From assembly GCA_964188305.1 (NCBI GenBank), contig OZ076886.1: 64,000 bases of DNA. The stretch is one strand, 5' to 3'. Positions 1 through 12,912 of this stretch are shown in pieces. The position numbers were made by a program, and so were the translations under genes. Every line of letters starts with the position of its first letter. The first letter of the stretch is position 1. A model generated the notes under the pieces. It ran no database searches, was not told the origin of the DNA, and worked only from the letters and a program-made list of their open reading frames with translations. The stretch is from Podarcis bocagei. Taxonomy: Eukaryota.

Positions 1-483
1 CTTTTACTAGCGACTGCAGATGCAGGTTTGCATCCTTGCGCTTCAGGAAATGTCTGCAAGCAGCACAGAGGTGCTTGGCTACAGAGCTACTGCAAAATGC
101 AAGGTCTACTATTGGGCAGCCTCCACCACTGGTGCATCATGGCAACTATGAAGTCAACCCATTTGCTTCCATACTAAGATGAAGAACAGGGACACAGAAT
201 GACAGAATGAATTTTCCCTGCTTCACAATACTGATGCAAAACATATGAGGATTAAGTCATTTCAGGCTGGATTAAATTTTCTCCTCCTAAATGCCGTATG
301 AAATTCTCTCATTGTCTATACAGAAAAGGTCCCATCCCTTTTCCAAGGGCATTTCATCAGTTTGCACCAAGATGCAACTTGGCACTTGTAGTTCAGTCAA
401 ACTGCTGAGGCAAGAACAAATGGACAAGACTGGGAAACAAGAACAGACACCGCAGTGATTTGCAAGAGCAATAAAATTCTCAC

Positions 484-573
484 CTCTTTCTTATTCCGGG
501 AAATGACGTTTGGGTCGATAGATCCCAGGGACAAGTTTGGCAGAACTAAGTTAAGTATTTTAGCTGCAAAAAC
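484..573 (-). CDS. MGLL: MGLL coding exon 6 (90 nt, phase 0/0), VFAAKILNLVLPNLSLGSIDPNVISRNKKE, lid/cap region
   Basis: Acceptor ccctcAG (574-575), donor GTGAGA (482-483), open frame, matches the remembered MGLL sequence. Not in the ORF track. Confidence 0.95.
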
Positions 574-2205
574 CTGAGGGAGATGAATGTAGTTAGTAAC
601 TTGGACAGCAAAGAAGAGAATTGCAGGAGCCAGATCAGCAGGTGGCAGAAATGGTTTGAGGTTCTCTGTTGCTGTACCACCACATCAATGTTATATTCCA
701 GCTGAGGATTCGGTCTTAAGTGCCAACTAACAGCTCTAGTACAAATACACTGAAAAGGCAGGAAAAGTTCCCACGGCCATTTACAAGGACAAGCATGATG
801 CAACAGGCAGTGTTCCTCAACACATCTTTGTCCAGCTTCAGGACTCCTGCATTTCCTCCTGGCACCAAAATAAGCAGGGAGAGTGTCCTTGCTGAAGAAG
901 CTAATACTGAGGCAGCGTTTCACTTTTCAATGCAGTCCAATTTTGTCTCATCACCATTTACTTCTAATTTCAGTCTGTTACAATGCAAATTGTCGCCTGT
1001 GCAATCCACCCAGTATTTGCCTAGGCTGCAACTCTTTCTGCGAAGCACATTCTCTAGGGGGACACAAATAAACAAGAACAAATGTGCAGGCATTGACTAA
1101 GGAAATCTATTGCATACCTGCCCTCTGGGAGTTAAATGCAAAAGGTCTGAACTTCCGGAGCATACAAATGCCCACAGAAGAGAAGGAAAATGTATTTCTT
1201 TCTCCCACTAAAAGCATTTTGCAATCAAGCCCAATATTTAAAATTCTCCTCTGATCTTTTGAAAATTACCTTCTAATTAAGTGGTGATTGCTTGGAAATG
1301 TTGACAACCAAGAAAACAAATAGCTGGGCCTTTGTTTTATAGTCTCTTTGAATGTCAAATACTGTATCCAGAGATACTTCCTGCAAAGTATAAAGTGTGA
1401 CCTTGCTAGAGTACAAATCCATTAAGTACACCCAGTCACATAACATTCTCTCATCCTCCTTCATCAAAGTTGCTATGGACTGGGAAATTATACTGTATTA
1501 GAGCAAAGATAAAAAGGATGAAATGAAGAGTTTCTCCAAGGTACCAAATATCAAAGCAGTCACAGATTTCAGAGGCATTTACAGGCATTGCAAATGCCAT
1601 TGCCATGGAACACTCCTTTTGTACCAAAGCTTCATGAGCTCCATTTAGCACATGGGCCAAGAGAGAGATGTTAGGACATAAATGTATTCTCCAGAAATGC
1701 AAATGTGGTCCTGGAACTTCAAGTCACTTGGAAAAGTTCACCTTTCCACTGGCACTAATGCACATATTTCTACACGTTAGGAGACCCCCTCACAGAGCTA
1801 TATTTCCTATCACCCTTAATGAACTACAGTTCCCAGTATTCTTTTTTTTTTGGGGGGGGGGTGCCGCCATGACTATTAAAGACATATAAGAGTGCTTTAA
1901 ATATATGACATGAATGTGACCCTGCGCTTTGTTTGTGCACTACTACTTATACTCTGCCTAGTGTGTTTTGTCTAGGCTTAGTTCCTAGCACTGGCCTGAG
2001 AAGATGAGTTGTCCTGGCTTCCTGGGGGATGATGCTAAGTAAAACAACAGGCTTTTAATTAAACAGCTTTGTGTAACAAGTACCTTGATAGATAAAATAC
2101 CTGAGGAAAAGCTAATGAACTCATCTGAGCAGGTTCTTGCACAGTGTCTTCTGCCAGGAGTTGTGGTTGGTAGATTTAACTCATTATGTGCATATCCATC
2201 TACAT

Positions 2206-2342
2206 CAGGGTTTTCCAAACTTGAGTCTTCAGCTGTTTTTGGACTACAATTCCCATCATCCCCAAGCACTGGTCCTGCTAACTAAGGATGATGGGAGTTG
2301 TGGTCCCAAAACAGCTGGAGACCCAAAGTTTGGGAAACCCTG
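2206..2342. mobile_element. Palindromic hAT-Charlie MITE (URR1-like)
   Basis: CAGGG...CCCTG termini and a self-complementary body. 8-bp TSD ATCTACAT/ATCTAGAT (7/8), a Charlie-type NTCTAGAN target. Confidence 0.85.
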
Positions 2343-3284
2343 ATCTAGATGATGGTACATATAAATGCATTGCATGCACTCTTAACAAGACAAATAAGGT
2401 GGGATTCAACTATGTTTTATTCAGAGTAGACTAATGAATATGTCCAAGTTAGGGGCATCCATTTCAATAGATCTTCTCTGAGTAAAACTTAGCTGAATTC
2501 CACTGATATAAATAATGAAGATTAAGATATGTCCCCATTCTAAAAATCTAAATTTTACCATTATAAAGTCTGAGTAGAGCATCAACTGTATGCATGCTCC
2601 CATGCTTACCATTAACAGATGACAGGACTGGCTATAGGGATGGAGGCTACTTTTCCAATCTCAGGGTATCCCCCCCAAAACATCCACTTAAATGCAAGCA
2701 AATTCAAAATTGCTTGTTGTGTAATACTGAGACTAAACCTATGAAGCTAAAGCAAACCAGGTTGAACCTCGCCTCCCAAGCCCAATAATCACATAAATAT
2801 ATGTCATTAGGCAGAATTATAACTGTCAAGTGTCCTTCCACTCATAGTGACTTTACAAAGGTAAACATGAACCTGGAATATGGAAAAATCTGGGGAGAGG
2901 GGAACTGTAAAGGTAAAGTGACAGCAAAAGCCAATTGTTAGGTCTTTGCAGGTTTCTCTGCTCCATATCTCTCTCTCTCAATGCTGCCTCATGTGCTTTC
3001 CTAAAAGGCAGCCACTGGGATTTTGCTATTCACATGTTTCCAACACATATTTAGCCCCATAATCTTCGTAGTGACCATGAATTTTCCTCTGAAATTCATT
3101 TAAAATTAGTAAGGACCTTAAATCAATCCTTTCTCCCTTTTCTTTTCTTTTCTTTTTAGTGCAAATTGACATGTACAGAGAGGAAGGACTGGTGGGAAAA
3201 AAAGAGCTACTGGCTGGAGCCAGTGTGAAGCTCAGCTGACATTTAGCTAGTGTGTTGGAAATTAATTTATGCCTGTATTTTTAC

Positions 3285-3395
3285 CTTGATCGGTGTTGCT
3301 ACATCTGGGCTTGCAACTACTAGAGGAGAAATTAATACCATGCCTGAAAAGTCATTTGGTCTTTCGCACGCAGTGAGGATGGAGATGGCTCCTCC
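3285..3395 (-). CDS. MGLL: MGLL coding exon 5 (111 nt, phase 0/0), [37 protein letters not shown]
   Basis: Acceptor ttttcatttcAG (3396-3397), donor GTAAAA (3283-3284). Completes the GHSM|GG nucleophile elbow. Confidence 0.95.
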
Positions 3396-3454
3396 CTGAA
3401 ATGAAAAAGCAAGCAATATTTTGAGTGAAAACACTGGCAATTACAATGAGTATT

Positions 3455-3530
3455 ATAGAGTCATAGGACTGTAGACCTGAAAGGGACACCAAGGGTCATC
3501 TAGTCCAACCCCCCACAATGCAGGAATATT
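3455..3530 (-). mobile_element. Short CR1-type 3' end fragment
   Basis: catagagtcatag...aagggtcatctagtccaacccc resembles the reverse complement of a CR1 3' terminus. Confidence 0.55.
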
Positions 3531-4524
3531 AATCCCAATAGAGCAAAGAGGGATTCTAAGTATTTTATAGGCAAGTACAGTAACCAGGTCTGTTACTGTA
3601 CCCAGGTATCTTGTCGATTTGCTCTAGTGATGCGCTACAATTGAGCCAAGGTAGTTAACTTGAATTTCCTTCTACACACACACAACAAAAAACAATTTTA
3701 GATAAGAGTTTCATCCTCACATGCCACTGAGTTCAAGTGACAACTATTTTTTTCTGAAGTGCCAACATGGGATCACAATGCCTGTGAAGCTGGCAATCTC
3801 AATTTTTTTAACATGGATACAAGGGTGTATCACAGATGTGATTCACCTGCCAATCCCAGCAGAGCAATTTTTGTGCTTCAAAGGGGGTTCCAGTGCTGCT
3901 GCAGCCACTGCAACACTCAGAGGCACAATTATATGAAAGAAGGCATCCTGTCAATCTGCACGGAGCTACTCTGTGATGGTTACAGCAAGCTCAAGCTCAT
4001 CCAACAAATCTTAAGTTATGCATAGTTTAGCAGAGAGAAATGAGAACAGTAAACTACTTTATTTACTCCCCTCCCACCTATGAAATTTTAAACAGTAATT
4101 GGGGTGGGGCAACTAGGGGCAAAATAAGGGTATGGTTGTCCCGGTGGTGTGGAAAGGAAGGATGCCTCTGATGTGCATATAAAGGTAAAGAATATGGAGG
4201 AAGAACTGACACAATCAAAGGGGCACGAGATGGTTGTATGTTATTGAGAAAGACAAGGTGAGTTAAGGAGCCATGCAACTGGAAAAGGGGAGATGGCAGA
4301 AAAAACAGGCTGGCCAAAAAAAATCCAGGATACCAACAAAAGACAAAGAGAAAACTGAATGAGTAAGAGAGTTGTGCAGCTAGACACTGAGTAAAACCTC
4401 AACTATTAAACACACCCACCCAGGCAAAGCTAACTGTTTTCTGACATTCAGACATTTCTTAAAACTTTCTGGGGGTTTTTCCTCCTCCAGAAGCTGCAGC
4501 TCAAGGTCACGATGGCTGTACACA

Positions 4525-4716
4525 ACCTCTGGTATCAGTATCAGAAGCAGTATGCCTTTGAATGCTAGTTGCTTGAGAGCTCAAATGGGGGGAGCGGTGC
4601 TGCACTCATGTCCTGCTTGTGAGCTTCCCTCAGGCATCTGGTTGGTCACTGCGAGAACAGGATGCTGGACTAGGTGAGTCCTTGGTTTAATCCAGCATGG
4701 CACTTCTTAAATTCTT
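4525..4716 (+). mobile_element. CR1 LINE 3' UTR fragment
   Basis: Motif ggcatctggttggtcactgcgagaacaggatgctggactag...atccagcatggcacttctt, shared with the other CR1 copies in the window. Confidence 0.75.
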
Positions 4717-4731
4717 GTGTGTGTGTGTGTG

Positions 4732-5126
4732 TGTAGGACTCCTTTGCTTGAGTGGGGGCTCTAACTGGCTGCCTCACATAGAGCAGCCAAATTCATGTGT
4801 GAATGGCCTGCAGGTACCTTGGGATTCAGAGCACAGCTCTCAGGCACAACCCCTACCTTTCCCTTATGCTTATGAGGTGTCTATGAAAACGAAGGCTGAA
4901 TCATTTGGGCCTGGTTATTCTTACCGCCCAGTTATCCTAGCTGGCCAGAGTGGCTTGGGCAACTCACTCAGGTGGGCGGGGTACAAATAATAAAAGCATG
5001 TCTGAACTGAAACACGAAGTTTAGGAAGAAGCATGAAGCACACACATGCGAGTTTTCACCACAGCGGCAGAGGTCACAAACACCTAGGTAGGAGCTGGGC
5101 TCAACAGAGAAAGAGAGTCCTTTACA
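4732..5126. mobile_element. Possible solo LTR
   Basis: Short inverted termini TGTAGGACTC...GAGTCCTTTACA (TG...CA) with an internal AATAAA. The TSD is not convincing. Confidence 0.3.
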
Positions 5127-7635
5127 TTTGCTTTGGGGAGGAAGGCCTAGTGTGGTGGTCTTTAAAAATCCTGTGAAGGACTGGACTCTGGAATCCTCTT
5201 GGAGACAGGGGCTTTTGCAATTAGAGACTAAACTAAGGCTTTAAATACTTGAGTATTGTTGGCTAATATCTGACCAGTCTTTTAACATTGTTTCAACTAA
5301 TCAAATGGCAAGGCTATCTTGGATCACAAATCAGTACAACCAGGACAGAGGCACCAATAAGCAGGGAGTTACAATAAGTAGGAATTACAAATCATTAATT
5401 GCCTTGGTGAAATTCTATGGAGCTGGAGAGTCATAATCCTGTTTACATGTAGAAACGACAAGAAGACTATGTAAGACTTCATTTTGATGAGGATTTAGGA
5501 ATCAGACTATTGCTATAGTCAATTTGCCTTTAAAGGTATGCTATGAGCTTCAAAGCAAACATCTTCATTCAAGTAGGTCGCATTCGGACTAGTGACGGGT
5601 GAACTCAATCGGCTTGTCTCAAAAATTACTTTTGTTTTGCTTTGAACTTTCCTTGGGAACACTCAGAAACTTAAAATTAATTATTTTTTGTGTGCTGAAT
5701 TCTGCTACTACCCATTCCAAACAAAGAAAAGTCTTTCTAGAAACAGGAGAAGGCTGCCTACTGAACCAAAAATGATGGTCCTGAGCATGTTCAAAGTTTT
5801 CATTTTCCTGCCAGGGAGCATGGGATTTGTAGTCGTCTCTGTTTCCTAAGGAAATTCAACTGAATTAATTAATAGGGGTCCTGTTCAAAGGGGAGTGAGG
5901 CTTTTAGAACTAGGGGAGTTCATGTTTCAGATTTCCCCGGTTGCAAAACTGCACCCACTAATCCTGACTCAGTATTTTCTTTTTAAACTTAACAATAGGT
6001 AATGCACTTTTCATGTGGCAAATCTTTGAAGCATAATGCCGTGGGATATGGGGATGGCTAACAGCATGGTAGTAATGCTAGATAAAAGGAGGGGGCATCA
6101 TATTGGCTTAGAAGATCTTCCAGGGGCCTTAACTAATGAGCTGATCCTACTGGTTGCCACTCTATAGAAAGGAACAACACACTGAATAACTATCCTGTTC
6201 CTACTATTGATGCAGGAGTGGACACTGGCACTCCTGCAGCGCTGATAGCTGCCTCCAGCCCTTGCTTAGCTGTGCCAAGCAAAGGCAATTACATAGCAAG
6301 GAAAGAGCCAGGGCCAGTTATATGCCATGGGATCTGGCTCAGAGGTCAGAAGTCTGGGTTTGCTTTGCAAGTAAATGCAACACTGCAGGTAAATAAACCA
6401 ACCCTTAATGACTGGAGATGCAGATTAACAGGGCATGTATCCCCATAATAAAAGCTGTTGCACTGCATGTTCTAGAGCCCTATACTGGCATACCATTCCT
6501 CTAAACTGTCTGGCAAGTGGCTCAAACAGACTACCTTTTGTATTTGCATTCCTGATCCTTTTTATGTTTTGCTTATATACACAATAATAATAACTGAACT
6601 AAGCTCCTATGAGGGTTGTGCATATTCTGTGTTTTAAAACTCAGTATTCCCATTCATGCAATAAAGAAACAAAAAGTCTTCATCAAGGAAAGCAGAATTC
6701 GGAGTTATGAGTAAATTGTGCATATTTGTATATATTCGCTTATTTTGCATGATTCATGCTTCTTTTGTTAAATGGCAGAGGGAGCTGTGCTGAAGCTCCC
6801 ATTCCGAGATCACAAGTAGTCCTGCTCAGCATTTACTTTGGTTTCTGAAGTTTTCTTGAGGCATTATCCATTTTTAGGTTATCTCTAGCTTATCTCCACA
6901 ATCACAGGGACTAAGCCCCTGGGGGAGTTAGCTTTGTTTTGGAAAAGAACACTGAGATGCCCAGGTCATTATTACGCGTCTACTATGAACTTCCATGCTT
7001 GCATGGTTTGTGAACAAAGACAACACATAACTCTGGCTCAAAGTGCCACATTAACAGTCACATGCTTTTTCCACTTGCCTTCTCCTGGTGCTGAATCTCT
7101 CTGACCATAGCTTTTCCCTAGTGTAGGCTAGCTCTGCTAGGAACCAACAGACTTCTACTGGGTAGTTTCTGCTTCTTTAACTGCCATCTGATTTACAGTT
7201 AAAGCCATGTGCCTACCCAACATTTCAGAGTGCCTGAGAAGAAATTGAATGGGAAAGCCACAACTCTGCATAGAGTGGGACATCCCAGAAGGCAATGGGC
7301 TTACTTCAGTTCCTCATCCTTTAACCATTAATAGTAATTAATGGAGTAACAAGAAATAAAACATACCTAGCTCTGGAAAAGCTGTGTCTTCCCTACTTAC
7401 TACCTCAGCCTTGAGCTTGATTAGTCTCTCAAACCTTGGCCATATTGTGGCCAGTCATGTGGGTTCTCTTTCTCTTGCCTCTCACAGCTTCTCACCAAAA
7501 AAGCTCACCAAAGTGGCTTGTTTAGTCACTACCCTGGTGCTCCATTGTTACACTGACTACGGTCCTTGAGTTGTAGAGAAATGTATTGGCCAAAAACAGT
7601 AAGAGGGGAAACAGCTTAACTCAACTTGCAAAGTG

Positions 7636-7639
7636 GTGT

Positions 7640-7714
<75 letters not shown>
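7636..7714. repeat. Compound (GT)n(GA)n microsatellite
   Basis: Seen directly. Confidence 0.97.
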
Positions 7715-7716
<2 letters not shown>

Positions 7717-8052
7717 AGTTAGTTCTTGGCTTGGTAATGTTGGGGAAAGACTGGGGGGCCTTACAACTGTCTTACATTTCTGGAAGATCTGTTTGCTCTT
7801 TGGAGCCCAAAGATAAATAAGAGTTGGGAGTGCCGTGTGTGTGAGTGTGACCCCCATCCCTCATGGTTATGCCTGTTTGCAAGTAACTCTATGGGTGCAA
7901 TTACTGCTTTTAGCAATTATCCATGTAAAATGAACATAAAATGAAGAAAAAGGGGTAGGGAAACAGAAAAGACCAGAGTGGGGGAAAGTGTCCTCTGCTC
8001 CTGGGTAGGATGCCAAGAGTCCATTAAGGAGGGATAGAGCAGGACTGCTTAC

Positions 8053-8189
8053 CATGGAGTGCCCTAGAAGGAACACAGGGAGGCCTGGGTGGTCTTTCTT
8101 CATGAGGTCAATGTGCTGCAAGCTGTCTCTGACAAACACATGGAAGTCTGACACAACCATACGGTCTCCTTCACTCTGCCCATGGCCAA
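8053..8189 (-). CDS. MGLL: MGLL coding exon 4 (137 nt, phase 1/0), (V)[45 protein letters not shown], contains the catalytic Ser
   Basis: Acceptor ccctccacAG (8190-8191), donor GTAAGC (8051-8052). Overlaps ORF 7867..8160; GHSM lipase motif. Confidence 0.97.
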
Positions 8190-9749
8190 CTGTGGAGGGG
8201 AAAGGAAAAGTGACCTGCTACATCAAAAATATTCAACACCTTTAATGTAAAGATGCTCGAGGCAGCATCGTATCTGAAATTCAATGGAGAAGGGGGGCGC
8301 TAGAGATGTGCAAAGAGCTCTTGTGCATTGTCAGGGATGACCAATGGCAAAAACATCTTTCTGGTTAGCTGTAATCATATGAAGATGTAAACATAAGGCT
8401 AAACCACTGTGGCCTGGACCCAAATAATGCTGCAGCATGCAAACAGATCTGCCCCCACACTCTTGCCTGGATAGCTAGCTCTGTTTGCTCTCAGTGTTGG
8501 GGACCTGGATTCAGCTGCCCTCTGGAATGTGCTTCTGTGAGTGGCTCTCCCTTGTTAGCTTGGGGGATGCATCTGCCCACAGATGCACAGAGTGAGGGAC
8601 TCATTGACTGGCAGCCTGCCAGAATGTCTGTCAGTTATCACGACTACACAAATACCTTGCATATGAACGCACGCAGAAAGAAAATTTCCAGGAATTACAC
8701 AAAGATTATTGGCACCCAACTATGTGCTGCCAGTGTCTAAAGCATTCAGCTTGAAAAGAGATGTTGATTGTGCTGGGAACAGCTAAAAAGGCATTTCTGA
8801 TTCAAAGGCAGCAGATGTCTTGATCCAAACCTGGATACTGGAGTGAGTGAAGGAAATGGCTGACAGTTAAGGAAATGATGAAAAGGGTGGCATCCACAAC
8901 GCAGAGAAAGAGGAAATGCATGAGCAACAGAAGCTGGGAAGGAGACACATCAGCTCTTACTGTAAATTTCAGGTTTGAATCTAACTTTAGGGGGGTTGGG
9001 AAATGCAGATGTTAAACATCATATGAGATGCAGAGGAAAGAGGGGAAAAAATGACATTTCCGAATTTTGTCTATTACTTTTCAGCAAGGAAATTTTATGC
9101 CCTCACCAGACATTCAGAAATCATCTTGGGGGAATCTCAGAGCCAAAAACAGACATTAATTTAACTACATGGCTAATGGTCACATCTGTTTTGTTTTGTT
9201 GTTTTAAATGCAGTATCTGGCACAGTGAGGGCGAGGCTAAGTCAACTTTCATCAGGACCACAGCATGTGGGGTGAGGCATTTTAACTCTTCCTTCTCATT
9301 TTCAGTCCAAATGAAAATCACCCCCTACACTACAATTAGTATTAGGAAGAACATTTCCCATTGGCACGAATGGGAGGCAGCTTTTTCTCTCACGCTAATT
9401 GTGGCACGGGGTGATTTTTATTGGGATCAGGACTGGGAGGGAAGGATGAAATCTCCACTCTCGACATGCTTTGGTCCCAATGAAAATTACCCCCTCTACA
9501 CTGGTCATTACAGTTAAAGTAGCATCTATTTTGATCCACAGGCAGCCCATGTACTTTAATTCTTGAACCCATTCCTCCCCTACCCAATTCTATAAAAACT
9601 CAATAGCTCCCTAAAAGATAACAGATAAATTAAAAATTACAAATCTCCTGATAACTATTCAGAAACATCAGTATGAGTAACTGTACAGAGGTGAATGGTG
9701 GGGCAAAAAACTCTAATTTCACATATGCACTGAAGGGGTCTGGATGTGG

Positions 9750-9970
9750 ATGCCTTTAAAAGGGGTCTGGGCAAATTCAGGGAGGCTATCAGTGGCTATG
9801 AGCCATGATGGCTATGTCCTACTTTCGCTATTGGAGGCAGCATGCATCTGAATGCCAGTTGCTTGGAATCACAAGTGGGTTGTGCTCAGGTCCTGGCTGT
9901 GGGCTTCCCATAGGCATCTGTGAGAAGAGGCTGCCAAGTCCAGAAAAGTCTTTGCTTTCTTATGCTCTTA
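9750..9970 (+). mobile_element. CR1 LINE 3' fragment (diverged)
   Basis: tttaaaaggggtctgggcaaattc...gctatcagtggctatgagccatgatggctatg...gggcttcccataggcatctg. Confidence 0.7.
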
Positions 9971-10119
9971 GGTAATCTTGGAGGAAACTGTGTATGTGGC
10001 AGCAGTGAAAAATTCAGATTTCATACTACAGATCATTAAGAGAGGGACGGGAAACAGTGCTTCTTGCTTGGTAAAAAGAACAGCAGAAGGGGCTTTGTAG
10101 AAACTAGCCTTCCTGCACA

Positions 10120-10248
10120 AAGGCAAATTTATCATCTGTTGCTCCACCCACTTTTGCCTATGGCTCCACCCACTGCTGGCATGTGACCCCTGGAAGGTTG
10201 CCTAGGAGGGAATGTGGCCCTTGGGCTCAAAAACATTTTCCATCCCTG
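10120..10248 (-). mobile_element. One end of a hAT MITE, same family as 35634-35982
   Basis: Its reverse complement aligns by eye with the left ends at 13039 and 35634; ends in ...CATCCCTG. Confidence 0.6.
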
Positions 10249-10327
10249 GTTTTAGTATGACATGTGAATGTGAAACTGAATCACAGAATTATTTGCAGCA
10301 AGATGCAGGGCTGGCTACGATCTATGG

Positions 10328-10889
10328 CAGTGTTTCCCAACCACTGTTCCGCGGCACACTAGTAAGCCGCTCTGAGCCCGGCCTTGGCTGGGGAGGGCGG
10401 GGTATAAATAAAAATTTATTATTATTATTATTATTAGTGTGCCGCGAGATGTTGCCTGGTGTGCTGCGAGATGTTGCCTGGAGGGAGGCGGGCGAGTCAG
10501 GCGGCGAGAGGCGGGGCGGCGGCGGCGAGAAGAGGCCGCCCAGCGCGGGGCTCTCGCCGTCTGCCTGCCTGGCTGCCTGCGAGCTCGGCGGGCAGCGCCT
10601 CTGTCCGCAGCGCCCGCCTCGCGGCTCTCATTCCCTGCCGCTGCCAAAGCTCACCCAGCCAAGCCGCGCTCTCCTTCCTGCCTCGCTTTGTTGCCTCCTC
10701 CCCCCCCCACCCCCAAAGCTTGGAGGTTCCCCGGCAAGGGGGAGGGAAAAAAATTGAAACTTACACTTTCGTGCGTCCCTCCCGGCGTGACGCTGCGCGC
10801 TGACGTCACGGGGCTGTAATGGTGGTGTGCCTCGAGATTTTTTTCATCAAACAAGTGTGCCTTTGCCCAAAAAAGGTTGGGAAACACTG
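10328..10889. mobile_element. Young non-autonomous hAT element (562 bp) with a CpG-rich interior and a nested retro-tail
   Basis: Perfect 15-bp terminal inverted repeats (TIRs) CAGTGTTTCCCAACC/GGTTGGGAAACACTG and a perfect 8-bp TSD ATCTATGG (10320-10327, 10890-10897). Confidence 0.93.
10364..10434 (+). mobile_element. Heavily 5'-truncated L2-type 3' tail inserted in the hAT element
   Basis: aagccgctctgag...gggcggggtataaataaaaat(TTA)n resembles the tail at 53945-54000; flanked by a TAGT duplication. Confidence 0.75.
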
Positions 10890-10899
10890 ATCTATGGTT

Positions 10900-11070
10900 G
10901 CTTTTAGAGGAGATTAGACAGATTAATGGAAGATGTGTATATCAACAGCTATTAGCCATAACAGCTGAAAGCACCTCCACTGCTGGGACGAAACAGTGGC
11001 AGAAGGCTTTTTGACCCCTTTTCTGGACTATCTCAGAGGTATCTGATTTGCTACAGCAGGGGTCTTATGC
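10900..11070 (+). mobile_element. CR1 LINE 3' fragment (diverged)
   Basis: gcttttagaggagattagacagattaatggaaga...tatcaacagctattagccat. Confidence 0.6.
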
Positions 11071-12912
11071 TGCTCACAGCCTGAATGAGAACTGATTGCA
11101 AATTGTAGAAATATGGCCCATTGCTCTTAAAAATAGAAAAATAATTATTAGCCTCCCCCAGTATCCATCTCTTGCCAGATAAGGATTGTTTGCGGCACTG
11201 GACTATTGAAATCCGTAATTATCCCTTGAGGAACAGAACCAGAGCAGCAATAAGCACTGATGATAAACTGATCTGAATAGGTGGGCTGGTGCCATGTCAC
11301 TGAGCCAAAATTACAGCTCCTTCATTGTAGCTCTAATTCCCAAAGGGGAAAATGCTGAATAGCCAAGCTGGGAGAGGAGGAAGAATTCAGATCATTGAGA
11401 GACTTCTGTCACTCATCAGAGGAACATTTGGTATAAAGTGTTTCTCTTGTTGCACCGCAGGTTTTTATCTAGACCTGCTCATACAAATTCTGCAAGTGCT
11501 TCTTCAGTTCTGACACCTCCATCTAGTGAGATCTCACTCTTAAAATGAATTCGAAAACAGACACAACAAAGGCCTTTCTATTAAAACACTAATTCAGGCT
11601 CATTAGACAGCTTTACATTATCAACAGATTTGTAGGAAGCAAGAGCATTGGCTGAGGGAAGGGAAGCAGGTGAATTTTTAATACGTTTAAAAATCGAAGT
11701 TCTGCAATGTACCATTCCAACTCCTCAAAACAGATAATGTACTGGGCACTTTGCTTGACTCTAAGTCTCGTGGGCCAATTAACACACAGCTTGGTATCTT
11801 ATTTTGTTTACTTAGGATCAGAATAGAGGTGGAAATCACAGAAATGCAGAAGGTTGGCAGCTGTGCCATGTGGATTCTGGGTCATAGCTGAGTGGAGAAG
11901 CAAGCATGCAAGCAAACATATTTTTTACATGGATCTGCCCTTGGTTTGGCTGGAAACCAACAACCACACGTCTTCTACACATGAATGAGGTAGCCTTGCA
12001 AACAGTTTTACAAAACATACTAGCCCCTTGTACCCAAATGGATTGTAGCTGAAAAGGAAAAAGATCTAGTCTCGTTTACTCATTGCCCTCCTTCACCTCC
12101 AGAACCCTGTAATAAACAAAGGTCAGTTTGCCTGTCACTTTGGGCTGCTTTCTTAACCTAACTGAGCAGCCTTGATTGAACAGGTCAGGAGGAGCTCACC
12201 TGCAGCAACTTCCACCATCACTGGAGCTCCAGAACATGCCATTTGAGTCTCAAAGTCTGTCATCCCAAGAATCTGTGAGCATTCAGGATTTTAAAAACAT
12301 TTTTTAGGTAACTGAGACCATTTTCTGAAGGCTTCCATTAAACATAGTGCTGTGGTCTGTGGTGGGATCGTGGTCTGACCACAGTAGTAGTAAGAACAAC
12401 AAAAAGGCTAGGGAGAGCAAAATTTAACACCTGAACCATCCCTCAGAAAGATGAAGCTGCCATATGCAGTTCTTTATTCTGACACACTTCACAGCAGGCC
12501 TCCTTGACTGCTTTGTAAGTAGTGAATTCAATCTAATTCCAGCATCTTTCAAGTTCAGAGGGAGCCGCTACAATAACACTCCAGTATCTTGGTATGCAGA
12601 GGCTGTGGACTTTCATCCAGTTTCCTAGGATTACTTGGACACGTAACTCAACTCTCCTGTTTCCTCTGAGATTCTTTTTGAGAAGAGAGATAATTGCTAG
12701 CATTGTTTCTTCTCTCCCTTAGTTTAATTACATACACCAGATGATGATCCTTCTACTGCACCACTTGACAGATTATTCCATTGCCTACTGGATTCAGAAG
12801 CCTCAGCCTCATCTCTCCTAATTCCTTTTAAAGTAAGCAGTCCTCTCCCCGCTCTCTAGTGTTTACACTTCTCCAGTTGCGCAGATTGCTACTGTTGTTA
12901 TTGTGGACATAC

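Noticed and set aside
716-1093. Minus-strand frame ATG(1093), 57 codons, TGA(920-922), 67 codons, TAA, with an acceptor-like site near 1055 and an open + strand ORF at 720..1100; considered as a selenoprotein, readthrough gene or alternative last exon
   Set aside because: No recognisable protein similarity and no SECIS identified. The good TAG acceptor is out of phase with exon 5, and such lengths are expected by chance in 64 kb.
10212-10887. Cluster of long overlapping ORFs (up to 181 aa)
   Set aside because: An artefact of the stop-poor GC-rich MITE interior; low-complexity translations with no transposase motifs.
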